From NCBI GenBank assembly GCA_001179505.1, contig CDMY01000077.1, positions 124,001 to 188,000 on the forward strand: a stretch of DNA of 64,000 nucleotides, written 5' to 3'. The position numbers were made by a program, and so were the translations under genes. The DNA is from Vitrella brassicaformis CCMP3155 (taxonomy: Eukaryota > Protista > Chromerida). The notes under the pieces are model-generated. The model saw only the letters and a list, made by a program, of their open reading frames with translations. It did not search any database and was not told the origin of the DNA. Within the stretch, counting starts at the first letter, position 1, and the number at the start of each line of letters is the position of its first letter. Of this stretch, positions 1 to 12,508 are shown piece after piece.

Positions 1-720
1 TGGGATGGTTGCCGGAGACGGGCGGCCGATAGCCCGCCTGCTGGGGTGACTGGGAGCCATGTCCTGACCGGTCGGCGCCTGGTGGATTGATGGGGATGGC
101 CCCTCGGTCGCCCGGCCTATCACCACTGTCGCCCTGCCTTCCCGGATAGTGTGGAAGGTGGTACCCCCCTTGCTGCTTCATGGCCTGCTGCAGACTGCGG
201 GGAATCACCTCGGGCCCAGGAGTGGGCAGCAGATGACCTTGCGGCCCGTCCGGCCGTCCCGGTCCCATGCCGGGCGGCCCAGAGCCCCGGCCTCTGGGTG
301 GGGGAAAGCCACCCCTCGGTGTCGAGAAGGGGAGGGGAGGCGGGCGTGGAGGGCCGGCCTTGCTGGCGTGCTGCTGCACGGCCCTCTGCTCGTGACCTGC
401 ATTGCATTGCATGCACAGAAGAACAGACCGCCGACCATAATATGGATGCCATGCCGGGTAGGCGCGTGAGAGTGAGCATGAGTGAGTGAGCACGCCCCAC
501 CCCACCCCATGCCACCGACCTGTGTCGTCATCCTCCATCATGTCTGCCCCCTTCCTGGGGCCGACCGTGGCCTGCTCCTGCAGCTGTCTGTGCCACTCCT
601 GTGGCGGCGGAGAGGGCGAGTGGCCGTACGGCGGTGGGGCGTGCGATTGGGGTGGCGGCTGCTGAGCCGAGTGCAAGCACACGGGGCACTCCAAGTCGTC
701 AACCGACTCCTTCACACCAA
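1..720 (-). CDS. Partial Pro/Gly/Gln-rich protein of unknown function (runs off left edge)
   Basis: Minus-strand exon ~720-523 reads GVKESVDDLECPVCLHSAQQPPPQ...MMEDDDTQ and ends at a GT donor. After a CA-rich intron ending tgcag (~399), the next exon reads GHEQRAVQQHASKAGPPRPPPLPFSTPRGGFPPP. No family recognised. Confidence 0.4.
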
Positions 721-1547
721 AAGGGCCAACAAATACAAGCCCTCCCATGTATTTGTTGGGCGTGCTTCTTACGTGCTCTTCTCGCCGGGTCAACATGTCC
801 TGCGGAACAAACACACACAACAAGCACCAAGATGACACACCGTTCGGTCAGTGAGGCGTGGGCTGGTCGGTTGTTCAGTGAGGCGTGGTACTACCAGTCC
901 TCGCACCTCAGTGTTGGTTCCACAGTCGCTACACTGTGCCTGAAACGCACTCATCTCCTTGAACCGACGCGTCTGGGATCACACTACATACGTGGGATAG
1001 ACTCTTAAGTGCGTAATCCATCCATCCCATCTGCGAGCTTGCGAGCTTGAAAGAGAGGACGAGGAAAGGAGTGGAGCAATGCGCTGAAACCAAATTGGCC
1101 GGAAGATGTGATGTGATGAGCCAATCACGAAATTTCAGCTGCTTCAGCAGCGTCATCACAGGGGACAAGATAGCCCACCTGGTACGCAAGAGCACCACAC
1201 GGCAGACACAGCCCTGTCGAGGATCTTGGCCTGCCTTCTCCTGTTTTGTTTGCAAGGTTGCTGAAGACTTCGTAATCATCGATGTATGTATGGACACGGA
1301 GAGAGATCTGTTCATTCTGTTCGTTCAGTGCGTGCATTGCACCTGCTGTGCGTGTGCTGTTGGCAGCGCTGTTTCTCCCAGAAGAGGACGACTGCACTGC
1401 GGATCGAGGCCGTCCGTATAAATGACTAATGGAGAGCGGCATGCTGATACCCAACCGAATCCGAACCAAACATGTACAAGAGTGGAAGTGGAACACACAC
1501 AGTCTATGCTCGCCACGCCCTGCCCTCATTTGCAAGTTCTGCGTGTG

Positions 1548-1756
1548 TCAGCTACGAGCTGGACCTGCACGGCGAGGCCCGGTCGAAGGTGCCTGAGTTC
1601 GATGCGCTCTGGTCCAGCGACGCGTTGGTGGAGGCCCTGTCGTGCTGCCTGAAGCAGCTGGGGTCGAATGTGGAGCCACGAAGGGGACACAGGCCCGAAG
1701 CATCAAGATACAGTGCGACAAAGGGAATGGCGGATGCTTCCTCTTCCAGTGAGTGA
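1548..1756 (+). CDS. Isolated exon-like segment, unknown protein
   Basis: After a gtgtcag acceptor: YELDLHGEARSKVPEFDALWSSDALVEALSCCLKQLGSNVEPRR...SSSE*, with GC3-rich codons. Upstream exons could not be joined without stops. Confidence 0.3.
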
Positions 1757-3027
1757 AGTAATGATCAGGAAGGAGCAACATCTGCTGTCGATTGTCGGTC
1801 GGTGTGCTATGGCCTGGCTGCTTTGTCAGATGGTGAGGGGGCGGGTTAGCCAGCTAGCCACGAATGGCCGACTTCCTACGGCCTGGTGACCGGCGCGCGC
1901 ACGACACAAAGACACAGACACGATACGTGCCTTTTCCCCCTTTGCTGTGCGCGCGTCTACCGGGACACAAACACACGCCCCTTTGTTGGTTGTGTATACG
2001 CACTGTGGCACATCCGTGCAGGCATTCCCTGCTGCCTGCGACTTACTTATGGCAATTGATATAGATGAGAAGGAGAGGTTCCAACAGAGAGAAGAAAAGA
2101 GAGATGGACGCACAGCCGACCAACCGACGGATCGATCGTTTTCCCTCCTGGCACACAGGAGAGAGTGGACACATACACAGACACCTGTGTCGCCTGCCGT
2201 GGCCTTCTTATGGATGGATGGATGTACGCATTTGTGCCTGCTTGTATACATATACCTTCATGTGCTATATATGTATGGATACTTGTGCCTCACATGTATC
2301 CACCGCTTGGCCTTGCTGATGGATTGATCTTGAATGGCGAAGTTGAACGGCTGGCTGCGTGTGATGAGTGGATGGATGGATGCATGGACGCAAGGGGATG
2401 GATGTCATCGATGTTGAGGCTTTACACACAGGGGAGAAGATGGACGAACGAAAGCCAACTGCCACGAAAAGAAAATGCTTGTGGCGAGATTTTCCGCGAT
2501 AGTGAGACGGGATTTTCGCGATGAGACGGGACAAACCACACAACCCTGATTTATTCCAGTTCTCACATTTTCCGGCCGCGTTAGGCTCTCCGGCCTTCTC
2601 TCCGCCACAGATCTTCCATTTCTTCTTCTTTTGGGCTGGTCGTTGGCTTGTGCGGTCCGCCTCACCCCTCCCCACCCCTCCCAACTCGTCCGAAAGTCGC
2701 CCGCCAGTTCCTTCTTCACCTTCGTATCGGCCTGACTACGCCCTGCCTTCTGTCTGTCGCCCTTCTGTAGCGAGAAGGAGGACCTGACTGCATCGTTTTG
2801 AGGTAGGTTCGGAAAACAGAAGTTTTGTGTACTTTGTGACGGGCGCCTTCCGACTACCTGGCGTCTGTCTGGCTTCGGCAGGTTCGCGTGTGCCTTCTTT
2901 TCACAGAAAGCCGCAGAGGATCCCTACGCATCACCAACACGGCTGCCGCCCGACGATCACCCACCACCAACCACCACCACGACAATAGCGAGGGCTCAGG
3001 CGTGGTGCGTGGGGTAATTGCGGTGCA

Positions 3028-6000
3028 GCGAGACCTACGACACCTTCCGGCGCGTCCTGGACGATGGTGAGGCCACGAACACGAAAAGGGCGATGGGTTG
3101 GGGCATTCATTGCAATGACGTGAACGTGTTGTTTCGGCGGTTGTGTGTGTCGTATTGTGTGTGCAGGGAACTCCTTTTATCGGGCCTTGGCTTTTGCCGT
3201 GCTGGAGCTCCGCCTCCCAGAGCCCAGACCAGCACCCTTCCCGCGCCCCCTCACCCCAGCCCTCTCCACCTGCCGGTGTGGGTGTGGGAGGAGGTGATGG
3301 TGAGGAGGAGTTCGATGAGCATGCGTGGGACGCTGCTGTGGACGAGGCCCTCCAAGAGACGCTACTATCTCCTGCCCCCGCGACGCCGAACTGGTACGTC
3401 CACAGGTGTATATATTCTGCAATCAATGCTTTGTCGCCCGCTGTGTGTACCCTTTTTGATGACGTGCATGTGTTTCAGGTCGAGTGAGCAAGACAATGCC
3501 GCTGAGGCGGACGAAGACAATCGCTCAACGTACGTCAGAGGATGGCACACACACACACTGTGTGCACACCCGAGTGAGAATACTATCTGTGTGGACACAT
3601 GTGTGTTGTATCTCGTCATGGTGAATGCAGAGTCGAGGAGGAGACGGAAGCTGACCGACTGCGCCGTGAGCTGGCGGACAACCAGATTGAGCTGGAGTGA
3701 GCGACGACGCACACACACACCACTGCAGTCTGTGCTAGGAGCATTAATATGCACATGCGTGTGTGGCTTGGGGTTGACTGACTGACTGACTGATGGATGC
3801 GATGCGATGCGATGCGATGCGGTGCAGGTTTCTGAGGGTCTTGAACTGCCCTGACCTCCTCCTGGACTCCCAGCGGCAGCTAGGTAAGTAAAGAAGTCCT
3901 CACTAGTAGCCACGCATCGCATCGCATCATAGGCATGTGTGTTGGTGGTGTGTGTGGCTTTATTTTTGTGTGTCAGACGCCGCCAAGCAGCAGCTGCAGC
4001 AGCTACAAGTGGAGCTTCAGACCGCCCGCCACGAATGCCACGAGGTCGGTCGCACACACGTGCGTGCAGACAGAGGAGCACTTCCTTAGTCATACTATCT
4101 ATGTTATGTCCTCTATACGCATGTGCGTCAGGCTACCTCTTCCTACACGGCGCTCCGGGCCTGGCACAAGCCCGGCGGCCGAACTGGGTGGAATCTTTTT
4201 CGTCGTCCCGCTTGGGAGGACGACGAAGAAGACGAGGATGACAACGGCCGGTACACAAACATACACACACCCGAGATCATCCCATCATTGATCGATCGAC
4301 AAGAAACATACTGATGTGGTGGTGGGCTGTGCTGTTCTGTTCTGTCGATTCAGTGACACAAGCGACGTCACCGTGGTCGCACGGGGCGAGGTGGCGAGGA
4401 GTCGATGGACAGCTGCGGCACATCTGGCCGCTGCTGGCGCCATCCAGCAAGCTGCGGTGCGTGAGAAGGAGGCCAGCCGCATGGCGCAGCGGGACCAGGC
4501 CGTCAAGCAGACCATGCTGCAGGAAATAGAGGAGGACGCCCAACAGAACAGTAAGCACCATGAGCACCATGACATGACTCCATCCATTCACCCATGCACT
4601 GCACTGCCCTCATGATATCAATGAATGACTCAGACAGACAGACAGACACACAGACAGACAGACAGACACACAGACAGACAGACAGAAAGGCGGGAGGGAG
4701 GGAAGCGCACCAGACACCGACACCATCATCATTCTGTCATGCGTGTGCTGTGCTATGTCTGTGTTGATTGTCCCTCTCAGGTATGCAGTCCGCGTATTGT
4801 CAACTCGAAGACGAAAAGGTACATACCAAAGAAGGGCGATTGGTCCCCTCCCACAAACACACTCTGACATGACACACTATTCCCTCCCTCTGCAGGCATC
4901 CTTAGCAAGGGAAGTCGAGTTTCTCCAGGGAGAATACAACGCCCAAAGCGTAGGCAGACGGAAGCAAAGCTTATCATCCCTTATCCATCTAACCGCGCAT
5001 CAGCTGCTTGTTCGGCATGCATCGATCAGGACTTTCTTATGGGGCTGAAGAGCGACTTCGATCGCATCATCCTGGAGGTCGAAGAGCTCCAGGATGACAA
5101 GGTGCGTCGGACAGAGGTGCAATCAATCAATCACGTGTGCACCTACCTGCTCGTGCATTCTTGCCCTGTCTGTACGTGTCGTGTCAGAGGCCAGTGATCG
5201 CCGCGTAGGACAGTTGGAGAAGGAGCTGGACGACATGGCCGCCAAGTAAGAATATGTAGATGTCAATATATCAGTCAGTAAGTGCTGCCCTTCTGCCTGT
5301 CTGCCTGCGTAGCTGCAACAAACCGACACAACCATCCATCCATCCATCCATTCATTCCCTTGTCCACGTGTCTGTCCGTTGTCCGTTGTCTGTCTGTCTG
5401 TCTGTCTCCGGTGTAAGAATAGATGTCAATCTGTGCTGCCCTTCTGCCTGTCTGCCTGCGTAGCTGCAACAAACCGACACAACCATCCATCCATTCATTC
5501 CCTTGTCCACGTGTCTGTCCGTTGTCTCTCTCAGGTATCGTGTCGCTCTCGCCACCCCGCTCACCGGCCCCTCCCACTGCCATCGTCCCACCTCGCCGCA
5601 CCCACACCATGCAGACCTCGAAGACTGGTTCGTGTCGCGACTGGCGGCCATGGAAGACAACTCCACGACCTTTGCCAGGGACGCCGAGCGAGAGATCTGG
5701 CGCCTGAGGGGCGCCATTGTTGGCCTGGCCAACTACAACTACACTGTACGTATGTATGTATGCGCAAGAGCAGAGCAGACCATAGGTTGATTGATATCTC
5801 CCTCAGCTAGCTCCAATTGAATTGCGGATGTGATGCTGCCTGCCTGCCTGCCTGCTGTGTTTATCTATCGTACATAGATGGAAGACGTGTACGCCAACAA
5901 CGTGTGGATCGAGTCGTCATCCTTGGCGGCCGAGCTCGGCAAGACGAGGGCCCGTTGCACCCTCCTCGAGTAAGTCAAGTGTTTGGTGTACTTACTTATG

Positions 6001-8363
6001 TACTTATGGACTGAACGAGTGAGTTGGGTGTAGTTGGGTGTAGTTCAGCTGAGCTGGATACATACTTGTTGTGCCGGCTTGTCTTGTCGTGTGTGTGCAG
6101 GATCGAGCTGGCGGCATGCAAGGAGCAACAGGGCATCGAGGAAGCGGTAACGTAACTAACGCACACAGATACGTATGATGCTATCATATCAGTCCGTAGT
6201 ACGTATCGGTATACACCCATCTGTGTGCGGATCTCATCTTCGACTTCCAGGTCCCGGTGGAGCACGTGCATCAGCCATGGCCGTCGCCAGCACCAGGGCC
6301 CCTGTCTGCCGCCGAGTTAGGCGAGAGGAGGGCCCGGTGTGAGATGCTCGTGTAAGTATGTGTATGAGACATGTTTTGCAAGGCGAGCATGCCCCTTGCA
6401 GCGCGTCTTCCTTGTCTGCAGATTGCTGCTTACATTTTATATTCGTCGACACGTACGCAATTGTATTCGAGGGATGGACTGGGTGACCGAGCAAGGCCTC
6501 TCCACCTGCCAAGCCAACCGGCGTGGGAGGAGGTGATGGCGAGGAGGATTTTGATGGACAGGGCTGCGGATGTGGACGAGGCACTGGAAGAGAAGCTGCT
6601 GTCTCCTCCCTTGGACGAGGCCATCCACGAGACGCTGCTGTCTCGTACCTTGGCGCCACCAGCCAGGTATGTCCGTCGGTGCCTACATGGAAACAAGTCA
6701 GGAATATTCCTGATTCCCGTACCAACCAATGCTTTGTCGCCTGCTGTGTGTGTACACTTTTTGGTGACTTGACTTGCGTGTCTGTTCAGTGTGTGTGACC
6801 AAGACAGTGCAGCCGAGCCGGACGAGGAGCACCCCGAAGACGGTGGCGACCAACCTGCAGAAGCTGCAGATGCACCCCGACGTCCAGCTGTGGGGATGCG
6901 CCGCCGTCTAGGCCGTCTGCAGGCACGACTTCGGCAACAGCGTCGCAGCGGGCAAGGCCGGCGCCATCGAGGCCATCCTGGCGGCCACGATCGCTCGACG
7001 TACGTCAGAGGATGGCACACCCACACACACAGTGTACACACGAGTGAGAATACTATCCATGTGGACACATGTGTGTTGTATCTCGTCATGGTGAATGCAG
7101 AGTCGAGGAGGAGACGGAAGCTGACCGGTTGCGCCGTGAGCTGGCGGACAGCCAGGTTGAGCTGGAGTGAGCGACGACGCACACACAGACCACTGCAGTC
7201 TGTGCTAGGAGCATTAATATGCACATGCGTGTGTGGCTTGGGGTTGACTGACTGACTGACTGAATGATGGATGCGATGCGATGCGATGCGATGCGGTGCA
7301 GGTTTCTGAGGGTCTTGAACTGCCCTGACCTCCTCCTGGACTCCCAGCGGCAGCTAGGTAAGTAAAGAAGTCCTCACTAGTAGCCACGCATCGCATCGCA
7401 TCACAGGCGTGTGTGTTGGTGGTGTGTGTGGCTTTATTTTTGTGTGTCAGACGCCGCCAAGCAGCAGCTGCAGCAGCTGCAAGAGCAGCTCAAGACCGCC
7501 GAGCGAGAACGGCACGAGGTCGGTCGCACACACGGTGTGTGCGGTGCGTGCAGGCAGAGGAGCACTTACTCAGTCATACTATCTGTGTTATGTCCATCCA
7601 CTATACGCGCGCGTGTGTGTCAGGCTGAGTCGGCGAAGGCAGCCCTCATGGCCTGGGACAAGCCTGGCCGCCAGTGGGGGTGTCTTCGTCCTACTTACTG
7701 GGAGGACGAAGAAGAAGAAGACCTCGACGACGACCCCCACAGGTACACATACTCACTCAGGCAGATCATCCATCCATCCATTGATCGACGATCGACAACA
7801 AAGGTGCTGTGCTCTTCTGTTCTGTCGATTCAGCGAGACCGGCAGCGACATCACTGTGATCGAGCGTGATGCGCTGAGCTGGATGCGGGAAGAACTCGAC
7901 GAGGCGGTGGCTGAGCTCCAGCAGAAGGACAAGTCTCTCGAGACAGAGTTCATCGCCCACAGCGTAGGCAGACAGAAAGCTTATCACCCCTTAGCTAACC
8001 GCGCATTAGCTGCTTGTTCGGCATGCATCGATCAGGATGAACTCAGGCGGCTGCAGGGTGTCATCGATCGCATGATACTGGAGGTGGAAGAGCTCCAGGA
8101 TGACAAGGTGCGTCGGACGAAGGAGACACGAGACAGCCCGGAGAGGAGCACCCCTTTGTTGCCTGTCATGAGGGAGCAGCTCGCAGAGATGGAGACACAC
8201 TCGGTGAGACAGACAGACAGACAGACTGATGGAGCGTCTTCCTTGTGTGCAGATTACTGCGTACATTTTATATTCGTCGACACGTGCTCAAACGTATCTG
8301 ACGGAGGGGCTGGGTGACCGAGCAAGCAGCGGCGAGCAAGACCGTGTCGTGAGCCCATTGTGA
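3028..8363 (+). CDS. Multi-exon coiled-coil protein with an internal ~3.4 kb duplication (one gene or two tandem paralogs; may be partly pseudogenised)
   Basis: Exons join in frame across GT..AG junctions: VEEETEADRLRRELADNQIELE|FLRVLNCPDLLLDSQRQL|DAAKQQLQQLQVELQTAR, LEVEELQDDK, LEDWFVSRLAAMEDNSTTFARDAEREIWRLRG. Exons and introns of ~3250-5110 recur at ~6500-8110. Confidence 0.6.
3245..8110. repeat. Segmental tandem duplication (unit A ~3245-5110, unit B ~6500-8110)
   Basis: 3525-4050 and 6993-7520 are near-identical including introns (offset ~3470 bp). 4940-5110 matches 7965-8120. Confidence 0.9.
5246..5534 (+). repeat. Intron made of two tandem copies of one intron sequence
   Basis: gtaagaat...gtgctgcccttctgcctgtctgcctgcgtagctgcaacaaaccgacacaacc...cttgtccacgtgtctgtccgttgtc occurs at 5246-5410 and again at 5413-5534. 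Confidence 0.85.
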
Positions 8364-8625
8364 TGAGCGGCCTCCGATGTGAGAAGATGCACACAAAAGA
8401 CTAAGGGCACAGTAACCATGTGGTGTCTCTGGTTGTGATGCATGCAGAGCGGAGAGGGAGCGATGGCACCGGGAGCCTCAGCAGCTGCAAGATGAATCGA
8501 TCGAGCTGCACACACTGCCGCAGTGAGCAAGGACACATACACCAATCACGAGCTGAGAACAGACCGACCGACCAACCGATCATACGACACACAAACACAC
8601 GGGCGTGTACGTAAATGTATCGCAG

Positions 8626-9995
8626 GCGGGTCCAGGCGAGAAAGCCGATCTCACCGAGCTGCTGGCGGAGTCGAAGCGCCGATGCCCCTGAGGAGCCACG
8701 CACCATGCACACATACATACGTATTCTGCCTATTCCTGCCTGCCCTGTGTGTCTTGTTCAAAGGCGATTGAGAAGGAGCTGCGAGAGGACAGGAGCTGCC
8801 CAATAGCCAATGGTGGGAGGGGCGCCTTGATGTTCTCAAGCGTGACTTCAAGGGCAGCGAGAAGCACCAGCAGAAGGTCGACAAGCTCTGCGAGACCTAC
8901 GACAGCTTCCGACACATCCGTCCCGATGGTATGTCAGTTACTTACTTAGCTACTTACTTAGTTGCTGAGCCCGGCAGCCAATGCAGGCAGGCAGGCAGAG
9001 CAGGCAAGGCAGGCAGACAGGCACGGAAGGAATTGATTGGAGTGCGTGCAGTGCACTCAACGAACGAAAGGCATGCATAGTATATACATGGGATGGGCAG
9101 GGCAGCGAGTGGAGCGGAGCGCGCGTCGAATTGTGTCGTGTGTGTGTGTGTGTGTGTGTGCAGGCAACTGCGTTTATCGTGGGCTTGCTTTCGCTTTGAT
9201 GGAGCTGCGCGAGACGGGGGGGTACCAGTTGGCGATGCCGGCCGATGTGCTGTCTGACGACGGCGATCTGGCGGTGCAATACGGCCGGCTGCAGTCGCTC
9301 AAGGGTGATGACCTCTGCGAGACACTGAGGACGGACAAGGACCTTGACCTCGGCGCGGGTACGTTCGTTCTTTTGTGACCACACAGACAAGCACACAGCA
9401 CACCACACAGCCCGGCACAATCGATACCGTCGTGTCCTCTCCGATCCTTTCCCTCCCCTCCCCTCTCGTCTCGTCTCGTCTCGTCTCATCTCGTCGGTTG
9501 GTTCGTTTGTTCAGTCAAGATGTTCCGTCTGATAGTTGGCACGTACATGCTGGAGCACACCGACCTGGGCGTCGCCAAGGGCCAGTGCAGGACGCGCCGC
9601 GAGCGGCGCAACCAGCAGCGACAGCAGCAGCAAGGGCAGGGCGTGCGTGTGCGTGTGCGCGTGCGTGTGTGTGTGTGTTCTCAGGTCGTGAGGCGGAAGG
9701 CCTCCATGGCACTCAACGTCAACATACATATCGTACAGCTGGTCAGTCAGTGAGGGAGTTATGTAGTGACACAGCCGACAGACAGACAGACAGACAGACA
9801 GAGCTGTAACACGAATACATACATACACCTCTCTCTCTCGTGTCATCTGTCGTGTTGTGTTGTGTTGTGTTGTGTGTTTTGTGTGTGCAGGACAATGTCA
9901 GCGATGGTCACTGCCCGGTGTATACCTATCCTGAGGGGGCGGCCATGCCACCCGGCTCACCCACAGTCGTGCTCATCTTCCGACCAGGTCATTAC
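8626..9995 (+). pseudogene. Otubain-like deubiquitinase (OTU, peptidase C65) domain with frame disruptions
   Basis: Spliced DVLKRDFKGSEKHQQKVDKLCETYDSFRHIRPD|GNCVYRGLAFALMEL (cf. OTUB1 IRKTRPDGNCFYRAF), KMFRLIVGTYML, SMALNVNIHIVQL|DNVSDGHCPVYTYPEG...VVLIFRPGHY (cf. HIFPEG..VYLLYRPGHY). Frame shifts at ~8790-8830 and ~9700. Confidence 0.8.
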
Positions 9996-10160
9996 GTACG
10001 TACGCTCACACGCACATGCACATGCCACACACCGCATCCATCCATCCATCCATCCATTGTGCCACCGACCGACGCACGCACGCGACAAACAAGTATACCT
10101 ATACATCCATGTGTCTCTCTGTGTGTGGTGTGGTGTGATGTAATTAATGCCGACCGACAG

Positions 10161-11319
10161 GGCACAGACGTGCCGCTTCAAGTCTGCTTGCACTCGACGG
10201 CCGAGGGGGCGGAGGGCAACGGGATGGTGCTTGACAAGAGCATGCAGCAGTGTCGACAGGCATCCCCCAACTCCCCCAACGCCCCGCGACACTGGGAAGC
10301 AAGTAAGACATACATACACAGACACACCAAGAACAGAAGATAACGCACAAGGGCTTGCTCTCATCCTTGCCTGTCTGTCTGTCTGCTTGCCATCCATCCC
10401 TACAGAGGCGCCCCGACACACCTCAGGCCGCCTGCAGACTGGGTGCAGTCACACTCCACCGTGATTCAGCTTCAGCCGCCCGGTGAGCAAATGGGCATCT
10501 CACGCACACACGCTTGCCTTGACCACCACCCTACCATCCGCACGACGGCGGGCATCCCATTCGCCCTCTACTCGCATCCCCGGCCACCACCAACAGCAAC
10601 AGCAACAGCAGCTTCCCCACACACAAGGGCAGCAGCTCGCCGGTCAGGCAGCGATGCGCCCCCACCCCCAGCAGCAGCAGCAGCAGCAGCAGCGGCGGCA
10701 GCGGCAGAAGGCATCGGTGGACGAGGCGAGAGGCCACGGGCCCTTTCCCCCTCCAGTCATCCTTCCGCCGCCGGGGGAGCAGCCGCCACGAGACGACGGC
10801 CCCCCGGCGTCTCACATGTCGCCCAGCCTCCCGTTTGCAGGCCAGCCCCGGCCGTCGTGGCACCCGTCGCTCCGCAGCGGTGGGCAGGGACGACGCGACG
10901 AGCTGGAGGAAGGGAGGGACAGGCGTCGGCCTGCCATGGTGCATCCCGACCACCCCATCACAGTGTCGGCTGGGCTCACCAACGACAGGAGACAACCCGA
11001 CGCCATCATCGACCAAGGCCCGCGAGGACACAGGCGGGATGAGGCGCCGCCCCAGTGGCCGGGGCCTGGTGGGTACGGCGGGGCGACAGACGGCCCGGTG
11101 AGGTTTGGCTGTCGGGGTGAGGATCGGTTCGGGCCTTTGGCGCGTGGACCAGGTGGGAGGGGCGGTGGATGGGGCTATGCTCGCGGCCACAGGGATGGGG
11201 AAGGAGGCATGTGGCACGGACACCAACACGGAGAGGGGTTCGTCGGTGCAGCGGGGAGAGGATTCCATCACCAGCACAGGGGAGCCGGGGGGAGAGGAGG
11301 AGGACTTAGAGAGCACTGA
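10161..11319 (+). CDS. Low-complexity Gln/Pro/Gly-rich exons downstream of the OTU domain
   Basis: Exon-like segments at 10161-10300 and 10407-10480, and the long ORF 10483-11319 with poly-Q and GGRGG/RGH motifs. Linkage to the OTU exons is inferred. Confidence 0.4.
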
Positions 11320-12508
11320 GACCACCATCTACAGCCACACTGGGAACCAAGCACTGTACGACACACATACACAGACACACCAAGAACAGATAGATAATGC
11401 GCAAGGGCTTGCTCTCATCCATCCGTGTCTATCTGTCTGTCTGTCTGTCTGCTTGGCATCCATCCATCCCTGCAGAAGCGCCTCAGTCCTCCCATGCCGC
11501 TGACCGTGGCGTCGTCCACCCTGCCTTCACAAGCCGGCGAGACGCCGCAGCGCCAGCCTACCACAACAGGCACAGGCGTCCCACGCCTCCCCCACCTCAC
11601 ATCAGCAGATGGCCGCCACCATCACCTCCGAGTCGACACCAGTCCTGGCTCGATGCTCTTCAGCAACTCTATCAGGGAGCTGAAGAACCAAACCCGGCAG
11701 GAGCCTCGAACTTCTTCGTCTTCATAGCCATTTGCTTTCGATTACGTTTTGACGACTGGGCGACCAAAGGGATCAGGGTGACCATGCCACACACTCAAGC
11801 ACACTCCCCAGGCCATGTGTCGCCTCTTTGGCTTGTCCGTGTGTCTGTATGTGACGTGGTTGTATGTGCATGCCACCAGGGATGGGACGCGGTCTAAGCA
11901 GGTGCCCCTGACGTCGAGGGAGACCACTAGGTGGACGCAGCGGGAGTCCATGACCCACGACGACAGGCGGGAATTCGGTGAGTGACCGAGTGACTTGGAG
12001 ACAACTCTCTGTCTGCCTGGATGGCCGCCTCTCCCTCTCTCTTTGTGTGTGTGTCTGTGTGTGTCTGTGTGTGTGTGTGCAGGCGGGTTTGACCTCACTA
12101 GGGCCCACGTGTCCGAGACCCTCGCGGAAGGTAGGGAGACAGGGGCGGCTGGAGGCGCTGAGTGTTGGCTGAATTTTCGCCTTGTCCTGCTCGTGGCTGC
12201 ATGCAGAGACCCATCGCGATGGCCCAGGCGGGAAGAGGGGTAGATTGCTGCCTGCATTTTATATTCGTCGGAAAATGCTGCACATACATATGCAGACATC
12301 AAGATTGTTGGTTCGATCGCTGCATACATTTTATATCGGTGCGTCAGGGATTCAGAGAGTGCATGTCAGATGGTCAAAACCGACTTGTGCGTGGCAATTA
12401 ACGGGATTGGCATGGTTGGCAGAGACATGTGACAGGCTAACTGTCAAATCGTTCGTATTGGCAGCAAAGACCTCACAAACACACAGAGACACACACGCAC
12501 ACACGATT

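Noticed and set aside
849-890. Direct repeat cagtgaggcgtgg x2
   Set aside because: Only two short copies and no array, so not CRISPR or satellite.
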